Positions 9,690 through 17,715 of a stretch of 64,000 nt of DNA are shown piece by piece. The DNA is from Pseudolabrys sp. (GTDB lineage Bacteria > Pseudomonadota > Alphaproteobacteria > Rhizobiales > Xanthobacteraceae): NCBI GenBank assembly GCA_036273755.1, contig DASUGZ010000172.1, positions 4,122 to 68,121 on the forward strand. Reading direction: 5' to 3'. The position numbers were made by a program, and so were the translations under genes. Numbering within the stretch: position 1 is the first letter of the stretch; each line of letters begins with the position of its first letter. The notes beneath the pieces are model-generated. The model searched no databases, had not been told where the DNA came from, and was given only the letters and a program-made list of their open reading frames with translations.

Positions 9690-9784
9690 GCCAGCACCTG
9701 TCGTGGCCGCGAGAGCGGACACCCGGCAATCGCAAATGTTTGGGTCAAAACCGCGGCTTGCGGCGCTCCGCCGGGCGACGGAAC

Positions 9785-10339
9785 TTACGTCCCCGCGACG
9801 AAGTACGACGCCAGCCGCGAGCGGATGTTGTCGGCGATCGACTTGGCGGCGCGGTTCTCGGCGTCGCGCAGGCCGCGGTCGCCGGCGAAACGCTGCTGCT
9901 GGCCAGGGATGTCGTAGGACACGCGCGAGAAGGTCTGTCCGGCGATGACCCTCTTGCCGCTGCGCAGATCGGTCAGCGTGTAGGTCGCGTCGATGCCGTA
10001 GTCCTGAATGTCCGGGCGCGCGGTGTTGATGTCGACGATCACCTGCGTCTGCGTCGAGGTGAGCTTGATGTCGAGCTTGTATTGCGGCGACGCGACGCCG
10101 CTGCCGCCGGTCAGACCGAACAGCAGGTTGTTGCGCAACTCGACGCCGACCCGCGACAGACGGGTGCCATTGGGCGCGTCGATCGGCCGCACGTCGACGC
10201 TGCTGAGCCGGTCGACGATCGCCGGGCCGCCGTCCACTGTCTTGTCGCCGTAGAGCGGCTGGAAGCAGCCGGCGGTCAAACCGGCAAGCGTCAGGATCGC
10301 CGCCAAACGGGCCGTGCGCCGGGGTTCAAACCACCACAT
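9785..10339 (-). CDS. lptE: LPS-assembly lipoprotein LptE
   Basis: Start refined to ATG 10339 ([31 protein letters not shown]), giving a signal peptide plus the lipobox LTAGC. It overlaps the leuS 3' end by 14 nt and keeps the classical leuS-lptE order. Confidence 0.75.
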   Translation of the reverse strand: MWWFEPRRTARLAAILTLAGLTAGCFQPLYGDKTVDGGPAIVDRLSSVDVRPIDAPNGTRLSRVGVELRNNLLFGLTGGSGVASPQYKLDIKLTSTQTQVIVDINTARPDIQDYGIDATYTLTDLRSGKRVIAGQTFSRVSYDIPGQQQRFAGDRGLRDAENRAAKSIADNIRSRLASYFVAGT

Positions 10340-12962
10340 TGACGATCCTCTGCGGGACGACAATGACCTTTTTCGGGCTCTTGCCGCCGAGGGCCTTTTG
10401 TACATCATCGAGAGCCAAAACGGCAGCCACAATCTGCGCTTCAGTGGCATCGCGGGGGACGGTCACTTCCGCCCGTTTTTTGCCGTTGACCTGTACCGGC
10501 AGGGTGATGGTGCTTTCCACCAGCAATTCGGGCTCGACCTGCGGCCAAGCCTCGGCCGAGACGAGGGTGGTGTGGCCGAGCACAGCCCAGCACTCCTCGG
10601 CGAGATGCGGCATCATCGGGTGGAAGAGCCGCACCAGGATATCGCCGGCCTCGCGCAGCGCCCAGGCGAAGTCTGGCGCGGGCGCCGTCTCGGCGCTGCC
10701 GATGGCGTCGCCGAGCGCGTTGGCGAGTTCGTAGATATGCGCGACGCAGCGGTTGAAGCGCAGTCTGGCGATGTCGTCGGACACGTTGGCGAGCGCGCGA
10801 TGCGCCGCCTTGCGCACTTTCTGCGCTTGCGGACCAAAAACTGCGGGGCGGCTTTGTGGTCCGCTGACGCCGGCGATCTCGCCGGTCATGCGCCACAGCC
10901 GCTGCACGAAGCGCCAGGCGCTTTGTACGCCCTCCTCGGTCCAGATCACGTCGCGCTCGGGCGGCGAGTCCGACAGCATGAACCAGCGCGCGGTGTCGGC
11001 CCCAAAAGCGTCAATGATGTCGTCGGGGTCAACGGTGTTCTTCTTCGACTTCGACATCTTCTCGATCGAGCCGATTTCGATCGGCTCGCCGGTCGTCGCG
11101 AGGCTCGCGCGCCGCGTCTCGCCCAGTCCTTCGATCTTGACGTTGGCCGGCTCGACCCACTCGCCGGATTTCGTCCTGTAGGTCTCGTGCACCACCATGC
11201 CTTGCGTGAACAGGCCGGCAAACGGCTCGTCGAGATCGAGGTAGCCGCACTTGTGCATGCCGCGGGTGAAGAAACGCGAATAGAGCAGATGCAGGATCGC
11301 GTGCTCGATGCCGCCGATATATTGATCGACCGCCATCCAGCGATCGGCGATCTTGCGATCGGTCGGTGCGTCCTTGATCCATGGGTCGGTGAAGCGGACG
11401 AAGTACCACGACGAGTCGACAAAGGTGTCCATGGTATCGGTTTCGCGCCGCGCCGGTCCGCCGCACTTGGGACACGTGATGTTCTTCCAGGTCGGGTGGC
11501 GGTCGAGCGGATTGCCCGGCTTGTCGAAGGTGACATCCTCCGGCAACGTCACCGGCAGATCCTTTTCCGGCACCGGCACCACGCCGCATGCGTCGCAGTG
11601 AATGATCGGGATTGGGCAGCCCCAATAGCGCTGGCGCGAAATGCCCCAGTCGCGCAGGCGATAATTGACCTGACGCTGCGCCACCGGCCGGTTGCCGCGC
11701 GTGTCCTTTTCCAGCCGCTTGGCGACTTCTTCCTTGGCTTGCTCAATGGTCATGCCGTCGAGGAAACGCGAATTGATCATCTTGCCGTCTTCCAGATACG
11801 GCACGTCGGTGATGACGAAGGTCTTCGGATCCTGCCCCGGCGGGCACACCACCGGCGTGTTGCCGAGGCCGTATTTGTTGGCAAATTCCAGGTCGCGCTG
11901 ATCGTGCGCCGGACAGCCGAAGATGGCGCCGGTGCCGTACTCCATCAGGATGAAATTGGCGACATAGACCGGCAGCTTCCAGTTCGGGTCGAACGGGTGC
12001 ACCGCTCTGATGCCGGTGTCGAAGCCCATCTTCTCGGCGGTGTCGATGGCCGCCTGCGAGGTGCCGATCTTCTTGGTCTCGGCGATGAAGGCCGCGAGCT
12101 TGGGATTTTTCGCCGCGGCCGCTTGCGCCAACGGATGATCCGGCGACAGCGCCATGAACTTGGCGCCGAACAGAGTGTCCGGCCGCGTGGTGAAAATCTC
12201 CAGTTCGGCTTCCTTGTTCGGCGCCGTCGCCGGGTCGAGCATGAAACGGACCAGCAGCCCTTCCGAGCGGCCAATCCAGTTCTTCTGCATCAATTTGACC
12301 TTGTCCGGCCAGCGCTCGAGCCTGTCGAGCGCCTCAAGCAACTCCTGCGAATAATCGGAGATCTTGAACACCCACTGATAGAGATCGCGCTGCTCGACTT
12401 CGGCGCCCGAGCGCCAGCCGCGGCCGTCGATCACCTGTTCGTTGGCGAGCACGGTCTGGTCGACTGGGTCCCAGTTCACCTTGCGGTATTCGCGCGCGAC
12501 CAGCCCCGCCTTGAGGAAATCGAGAAACATCTTCTGCTGGTGCTTGTAATAGGCCGGATCGCAGGTCGCGACCTCGCGCGCCCAGTCGAGCGACAGCCCC
12601 ATCGACTGCAGCTGCTTCTTCATCGCCGCGATGTTGTCGTAGGTCCACGCCTTGGGGTGCACCTTGCGGTCGATCGCAGCGTTCTCCGCCGGCATGCCGA
12701 AGGCGTCCCAGCCCATCGGATGCAGCACGGCGTTGCCCATCGCCCGTTTGAAGCGCGCCACCACGTCGCCCATGGTGTAATTGCGCACGTGGCCCATGTG
12801 GATACGCCCCGACGGATAGGGAAACATCTCCAGCACGTAGTATTTGGGCCGGGGGTCGTCGTTCTTGGTGGCGAAAATGCCGCGCTCGGCCCAGGTCTTC
12901 TGCCAGCGGGTTTCTGCGTCGCGGGCGTTGTAGCGCTCGGTTTTCTGCGATTCGGCGGTCAT
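10326..12962 (-). CDS. leuS: leucine--tRNA ligase
   Basis: 878 aa. The HIGH motif is [11 protein letters not shown] and the KMSKS motif is KMSKSKKN. The CP1 editing-domain region is present. Confidence 0.97.
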   Translation of the reverse strand: MTAESQKTERYNARDAETRWQKTWAERGIFATKNDDPRPKYYVLEMFPYPSGRIHMGHVRNYTMGDVVARFKRAMGNAVLHPMGWDAFGMPAENAAIDRKVHPKAWTYDNIAAMKKQLQSMGLSLDWAREVATCDPAYYKHQQKMFLDFLKAGLVAREYRKVNWDPVDQTVLANEQVIDGRGWRSGAEVEQRDLYQWVFKISDYSQELLEALDRLERWPDKVKLMQKNWIGRSEGLLVRFMLDPATAPNKEAELEIFTTRPDTLFGAKFMALSPDHPLAQAAAAKNPKLAAFIAETKKIGTSQAAIDTAEKMGFDTGIRAVHPFDPNWKLPVYVANFILMEYGTGAIFGCPAHDQRDLEFANKYGLGNTPVVCPPGQDPKTFVITDVPYLEDGKMINSRFLDGMTIEQAKEEVAKRLEKDTRGNRPVAQRQVNYRLRDWGISRQRYWGCPIPIIHCDACGVVPVPEKDLPVTLPEDVTFDKPGNPLDRHPTWKNITCPKCGGPARRETDTMDTFVDSSWYFVRFTDPWIKDAPTDRKIADRWMAVDQYIGGIEHAILHLLYSRFFTRGMHKCGYLDLDEPFAGLFTQGMVVHETYRTKSGEWVEPANVKIEGLGETRRASLATTGEPIEIGSIEKMSKSKKNTVDPDDIIDAFGADTARWFMLSDSPPERDVIWTEEGVQSAWRFVQRLWRMTGEIAGVSGPQSRPAVFGPQAQKVRKAAHRALANVSDDIARLRFNRCVAHIYELANALGDAIGSAETAPAPDFAWALREAGDILVRLFHPMMPHLAEECWAVLGHTTLVSAEAWPQVEPELLVESTITLPVQVNGKKRAEVTVPRDATEAQIVAAVLALDDVQKALGGKSPKKVIVVPQRIVNVVV

Positions 12963-13177
12963 TTATGGGGTCTTTTAAGGACCCGGGCGCTGATAGGGAA
13001 GGGGCAAGGGTCGACGGGCCGCAGCAGTTTCCGGATCCATGCCGTGCGCCCCAGCCGACGTTTTTGCGCTGCCGCTCGATTGTGTCTATGAACTGCTTTT
13101 CCGGATTTTCGGAAAATGCGTCGGGCCGGTCGAGGCGCGAAAATTTGCTGGATGATTGCTCGGGTCATGAGCCTGAG

Positions 13178-14320
13178 ATGGTGAGTTCTCGTACAGTTCC
13201 ATTCAATCGCCCGACGTTGCGCGGGAAGGAATCCGTTTACATTCAAGAAGCGCTCGCCGGCACTCGTTTTGCCGGCGGAGGTCCTTTTACGCAACGCGTC
13301 GAGTCCGCGCTTGCGGCGAACTTCGGCGGCGCCGAAGTATTTCTGACAAATTCTTGTACCGCAGCCCTCGAAATTGCCGCGCTGCTGACGGTGATGCCGG
13401 GGGACGAAGTCGTGCTTCCTTCATTCGCGTACGCGACGACAGCCAGCAGTTTCGCCCGCTGCGGCGCCAAGCTCGTTTTCGTCGACATCCGCCCCGATAC
13501 ATTCAATATCGATCCGCGCGCGGTCGCGGCGGCTATCGGCCCGAAAACCCGCGCCATCGTCGCCGTGCACTATGCCGGCGTCGGCGCCGACGTCGAAGAA
13601 CTCGGCTCGATCGCCGCAGACGCCGGTCTCGCATTCATCGAGGATGCGGCACAAGGCTTCGGCGCGACGTACCGCAAACAGCCACTGGGTACGTTCGGAA
13701 CGCTTGGCGCCATAAGTTTTCATGAAACGAAGAATGCGATGTCGGGCGAAGGCGGCGCTCTCATCGTCAACCGGCCGGAGCTGGCCGAGCGCGTGCGTAT
13801 CATCCGCGACCGCGGGACAAATCAGCAGCAATTTGTTCTGAAACAGGTGGAAGCATACCAATGGCTCGATCTCGGATCGGCGTTTGCTCCATCCGAGCTG
13901 GTTGCCGCCTTTCTTCTCGCCCAGGTCGAAGCGATCGATGAGATAACGGCCGATCGGCTCAGGATGTGGCACACGTATCACGACGCATTCGAAGCCCTCG
14001 AGCAGGCCGGGTGCGTGCGTCGGCCGGTCGTAGCACCGCAAGCCGGGCACAACGGCCATATCTATCATCTGCTGCTCGCGGACGCCGCGCGCCGGCCGGC
14101 GATCCTGGACGAACTCAATCGCCGCGGGATCGGCGCCGTCTTTCACTATGTTCCGCTGCACAGCTCGCCGGCCGGCCGCCGGTACGGCCGAATTGCCGGG
14201 TCGGTTTCGGTCACGGAAGATGTGGCCAGCCGCCTGGTGCGGCTGCCGCTGCATGTGACGTTGAACGGACATGACCAGGCCGCCGTGATCGATGCCGTGA
14301 ATGGAGTGCTCGCGCGCTGA
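13178..14320 (+). CDS. DegT/DnrJ/EryC1/StrS-family sugar aminotransferase (WecE/PglE-like, nucleotide-4-keto-6-deoxy-sugar transaminase)
   Basis: Start refined to ATG 13178 (MVSSRTVPFNRPTLRGKESVYIQEAL...). The motifs FLTNSCTAALE, LPSFAYATTA, ISFHETKN (the PLP lysine) and HYVPLHSSP are typical of this family. Confidence 0.9.
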   Translation: MVSSRTVPFNRPTLRGKESVYIQEALAGTRFAGGGPFTQRVESALAANFGGAEVFLTNSCTAALEIAALLTVMPGDEVVLPSFAYATTASSFARCGAKLVFVDIRPDTFNIDPRAVAAAIGPKTRAIVAVHYAGVGADVEELGSIAADAGLAFIEDAAQGFGATYRKQPLGTFGTLGAISFHETKNAMSGEGGALIVNRPELAERVRIIRDRGTNQQQFVLKQVEAYQWLDLGSAFAPSELVAAFLLAQVEAIDEITADRLRMWHTYHDAFEALEQAGCVRRPVVAPQAGHNGHIYHLLLADAARRPAILDELNRRGIGAVFHYVPLHSSPAGRRYGRIAGSVSVTEDVASRLVRLPLHVTLNGHDQAAVIDAVNGVLAR

Positions 14321-14361
14321 AAATAAGCTGCGCCGCGGCCATCCGAACAAGGGAGCGCGTA

Positions 14362-15024
14362 TTGTCCACACGATCCATTGCGATTTTTGGCGGGCCGGGC
14401 AGCGGCGCCGACGCCGTTCAATCCATTGCGGCGCTTGCTGCGGCAAAAGCCGATATCAAAATCGCCGGGTTTCTCAACGACGCGCTGCCGCGCGGCGAGC
14501 TCGTGTCCGGGGTCCCGGTGTTGGGCCCGTTCGCGAGCTGGTGCGATCTCCCCGACGATGTCGCGTTTCTGGCTCCCCTCCATAAGCCGAAGGCCATGCC
14601 CGAGCGTATGCGTATCGTGGATGAGCTAGGGGTTCCGCCGCATCGGTGGGCGACGATCGTCGATCCGAGAAGCGCCGTGGCGCAAAGCGCGGTGCTTGGG
14701 CGTGGCTGTATTGTCGCGCCGTTTGCAGTGGTTGGTCCGGATACGATCATCGGGGACCATACAGTGGTCCGCGGTGGCGCCTATGTATCGCATGATTGCA
14801 AAGTCGGCCGGTTTGTCTTTTTCGGCGCAAACGCAGTGGCATGCGGATATTGCGTGGTCGACGACGGCGCCTACATCTCGCCCAGTGCCACGATCAGGGA
14901 CCATTGTTGCGTGGGAAAATACGCAGTTGTAGGTTTGGGGTCGGTGGCGACCGAGGACGTACCGGCCTTTGCCGTCGTCGCCGGAGCGCCGGCGCGGCCA
15001 TTGACGCCAAAGGCGGACGATTGA
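14362..15024 (+). CDS. NeuD/PglD/VioB-family sugar N-acetyltransferase (left-handed beta-helix)
   Basis: 220 aa. The N-terminal Rossmann-like IAIFGGPGSGADAVQSI is followed by hexapeptide repeats (IIGDHTVVRGGAYVSHDCKVGRFVFFGANAVACGYCVVDDGAYISPSATI). Confidence 0.85.
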   Translation: MSTRSIAIFGGPGSGADAVQSIAALAAAKADIKIAGFLNDALPRGELVSGVPVLGPFASWCDLPDDVAFLAPLHKPKAMPERMRIVDELGVPPHRWATIVDPRSAVAQSAVLGRGCIVAPFAVVGPDTIIGDHTVVRGGAYVSHDCKVGRFVFFGANAVACGYCVVDDGAYISPSATIRDHCCVGKYAVVGLGSVATEDVPAFAVVAGAPARPLTPKADD

Positions 15025-15071
15025 TCCCGGCAGCGGCTCACACCTTGCTTTGGCAAAGCGTAAGGCCGTGA

Positions 15072-15959
15072 ATGCAGCCCACGTTCCTCATCGTCGCGCC
15101 CAGCTATACGCACAAGAGCGGCGGCATCCGCGCTTTATATCGTCTCGGCTATCATTTGAATGCAGCCGGATATCCCACCGCTATGACGCCGATGTTCGAT
15201 CGGATCGACAGCATACCGGAGTGGCCCACGACAATCCATGACGGACCGGCTGGCGACAGTATTGTGATTTATCCGGAAGTCGTGTCGGGAAATCCGCTCA
15301 ATGCCGGAAAGGTCGTTCGTTGGGCGTTGAATACGCCGGGGTTGCTCGGCGGCGACAAATTCTACGCGGACGACGAGATGGTTTTCACATTTAATCCCTC
15401 GCAGCTCGGTCTGGTCAGCAAGTCCGTGCGTGAGCCACTGGGACCGGCGCGGGTGCTGTCCGTCGCATTGATCGATCCCGCTCAAATTTATTCCGATCCG
15501 CATGTAGAAAAGATCCTTGACTGCGTCTTCACCCACAAAGGAGCTGCGCTCCGCGAACGGTTTCCGCTGCCCAACGAAGCGAACCTCCAACGCGTTGAAG
15601 ACACGACGCCGACAATGGCGAGCTTGGGCGACGTGTTGCGCCGCACGCGGATACTTTATTCTTATGATCACAAAAGTACGATCTTGAAAGAGGCCGCGAT
15701 TTGCGGATGCCGCGTTCTGGTCGTTCATGACGACGGCACGCTTCGAGATCCGGAAACATGCGGCTGCGTCGACAACAACGTATATTGGAAAGACGGCTTT
15801 CGCGAAAACTATGCTCGCATGTACCACGACTCTACGTTCACCGGCGATTTCGTTCGGGAATTGGCGACGCGGTGGCAGATACCGCAGCCTGCATGGTGGA
15901 GGCGTGCTTTGGGTGCGGTTGCCGGACATTTTCGGCGGCGTCCACGTAGCGCGGCGTGA
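15072..15959 (+). CDS. hypothetical protein, possibly a small GT-B-like glycosyltransferase
   Basis: 295 aa. The N-terminus FLIVAPSYTHKSGGIRALYRLGYHLNAAGY and the late LKEAAICGCRVLVV loosely resemble GT-B sugar-transferase signatures. It has visibly more A/T-ending codons than flanking genes. The C-terminal ~30 aa (WQIPQPAWWRRALGAVAGHFRRRPRSAA) look non-native. Confidence 0.55.
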   Translation: MQPTFLIVAPSYTHKSGGIRALYRLGYHLNAAGYPTAMTPMFDRIDSIPEWPTTIHDGPAGDSIVIYPEVVSGNPLNAGKVVRWALNTPGLLGGDKFYADDEMVFTFNPSQLGLVSKSVREPLGPARVLSVALIDPAQIYSDPHVEKILDCVFTHKGAALRERFPLPNEANLQRVEDTTPTMASLGDVLRRTRILYSYDHKSTILKEAAICGCRVLVVHDDGTLRDPETCGCVDNNVYWKDGFRENYARMYHDSTFTGDFVRELATRWQIPQPAWWRRALGAVAGHFRRRPRSAA

Positions 15960-16169
15960 CTGCTCGTACAGCTTCTTGGCGAAGGTGACCGTGATTGGCT
16001 GTCCGACGATGGCGTTGTGCGCCTCGACCCTCGCCAACGCTTTGACGCGAATGATGGCGCCGATCTCCGCCATGTCGTAGTTGGCGACGGGCCGGCCCCA
16101 CGGAACTCCGAAAAATCCAGGAACCAGCTGCTCGCTGCACGGGTTAGCCCGCATCACAGGAGGTGCGGC

Positions 16170-16412
16170 ATGACCATTCGAATTGAAGACATCAAGGAAC
16201 ACATGGAAGTGGTAGGCGCGGACGGAAAGCACGTCGGTACCGTCGATTGCACCAAAGGCGACGACAAAATCGTGTTGACCAAAAGCGATCCGCAGTCCGG
16301 CGGCCAGCACCACATCATCCCCGTGCAGCTGGTCGAGAGCCTCGACGAGGACAAGATCCATCTCGCCAAACCGGCGCGGCAGGTCATGCTGGAGTGGCAG
16401 CCGGCGGCTTGA
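16170..16412 (+). CDS. DUF2171 domain-containing protein
   Basis: Start refined to ATG 16170, which follows AGGAGG (16158-16163). The translation is MTIRIEDIKEHMEVVGADGKHVGTVDCTKGDDKIVLTKSDPQSGGQHHIIPVQLVESLDEDKIHL. Confidence 0.7.
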   Translation: MTIRIEDIKEHMEVVGADGKHVGTVDCTKGDDKIVLTKSDPQSGGQHHIIPVQLVESLDEDKIHLAKPARQVMLEWQPAA

Positions 16413-16415
16413 TGC

Positions 16416-16805
16416 TCACCGCGCCGATAGGGCGCGCAATACCGCTTCGACCAGAAGCGCGGGCTGGTACGGCTTCTCCACCACCGGAGCGCCGGAAAAT
16501 TCGCCGGAACGCAAGATGGCGCCGCGCATGCCGGTGAGAAAGACGAACGGCGTTTGCTGCAATTGCAGGGCGGCGGCGACATTGAAGGTATTGCGAGTGG
16601 CGCCGTGTTGCAGGATGTCGAGGACTGCGACGTCGAAACGCGAACCTCCATTCAAGGCAGCCAACGCTTCCTCGGCGCTGCCGAGGCAGGTCACGCTCGC
16701 CGCACCGGCCGCCAGCAAGGTCTGCTCGATGTCGAGAGCAATCAGCATTTCGTCGTCGACCACCAAGCAGCGTCGGCCGGCAAGTACGGAAGAGGATTGC
16801 ACCAC
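16416..16805 (-). CDS. single-domain response regulator (CheY-like receiver)
   Basis: 129 aa. It has CLVVDDEMLIALDIE, the phospho-acceptor context FDVAVLDI, and the conserved Lys in VVEKPY. Confidence 0.85.
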   Translation of the reverse strand: MVQSSSVLAGRRCLVVDDEMLIALDIEQTLLAAGAASVTCLGSAEEALAALNGGSRFDVAVLDILQHGATRNTFNVAAALQLQQTPFVFLTGMRGAILRSGEFSGAPVVEKPYQPALLVEAVLRALSAR

Positions 16806-16897
16806 GAAAAGACGGCTCCGGCCCCTTAATGGAACTTTTTTTTGTGCCCTGAATTAATTCGTTGGGCATTTAAAAAAGACATACGGTTTGCGTTTTT

Positions 16898-17656
16898 ATG
16901 ATCATTGGCACCGGGCGGTCGTCCGGCCACATCACGCCATGCGAGCAATGTCCGTTGCGCCGGCGGGCGAACCTGCGCGAGTTCACCGCGGAGGAATTGG
17001 GCTTCGTCAAGAAATTCAAGGTGGACGAGTTGCACGTCGAGCCGGGCGCCAGTTTCTTGCGCGAGGGCTCGCGGAGCGAGCACCTCTATACCGTGCTTCA
17101 CGGCTGGGCCTTCCGTTACAAGATGCTGGACGACGGCCGCCGCCAAATCCTCAACTACGCGCTGCCCGCCGACATGCTCGGATTGCAGGGCACGCTGATG
17201 CACGAGATGGAGCACTCGGTGGAGGCGCTCACCCCGCTCACGCTATGCGTCTTCCCGCGCAGCAAGCTATGGGAATTGTACAGCCACTTCCCCTCGCTCG
17301 CTTTCGACATCACTTGGCTTGCGGCGCACGAGGAGCGGCTGATCGACGAATACCTGGTCAGCCTCGGCCGGCGTAGCGCCGTCGAACGTACGGCGTTCCT
17401 TTTGCTGCATTTGTTCGTGCGCGCTGACGACAGTGGGCTGACCAAAGACGGCGCCATACAGTTTCCATTCACCCAGCAGCATCTTGCCGACACCCTCGGC
17501 ATGTCGTTGGTGCACACCAACAAGACGCTCAAGCGCCTCTATGCGACCAACGCCATCCGCTGGAAGGGCCGCCGGTTCGAGCTCATTGACCGCGCCATGC
17601 TGACGAGCCTCGCCGGCGACGACGTCAAGCCGCACCGGCCACGGCCGTTCATTTAA
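16898..17656 (+). CDS. Crp/Fnr-family transcriptional regulator (FixK-like, N-terminal CxxC)
   Basis: 252 aa. It has an N-terminal CEQCPLRR, a cNMP-binding-like beta-roll (LYTVLHGWAFRYKMLDDGRRQILNYALPADMLG) and a C-terminal HTH (QQHLADTLGMSLVHTNKTLKRL). Confidence 0.85.
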   Translation: MIIGTGRSSGHITPCEQCPLRRRANLREFTAEELGFVKKFKVDELHVEPGASFLREGSRSEHLYTVLHGWAFRYKMLDDGRRQILNYALPADMLGLQGTLMHEMEHSVEALTPLTLCVFPRSKLWELYSHFPSLAFDITWLAAHEERLIDEYLVSLGRRSAVERTAFLLLHLFVRADDSGLTKDGAIQFPFTQQHLADTLGMSLVHTNKTLKRLYATNAIRWKGRRFELIDRAMLTSLAGDDVKPHRPRPFI

Positions 17657-17715
17657 GGGTCTTCGTCAGCGAAATCGGAGGCTTGGCCGCGCGGGTTACG
17701 TCGGCGGCGACCCAA

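Noticed and set aside
10314-13091. 925-aa ORF on the plus strand
   Set aside because: It lies entirely antisense to leuS, which has unmistakable HIGH and KMSKS motifs. The translation is Arg/Gly/His-rich low-information sequence, as expected from the antisense frame of a high-GC gene.
15135-16361. 408-aa minus-strand ORF spanning the glycosyltransferase-like gene and the DUF2171 gene
   Set aside because: Most of it is antisense to two better-supported plus-strand genes and is not protein-like. Only the 15960-16154 portion looks coding, and that is reported separately as a possible remnant.
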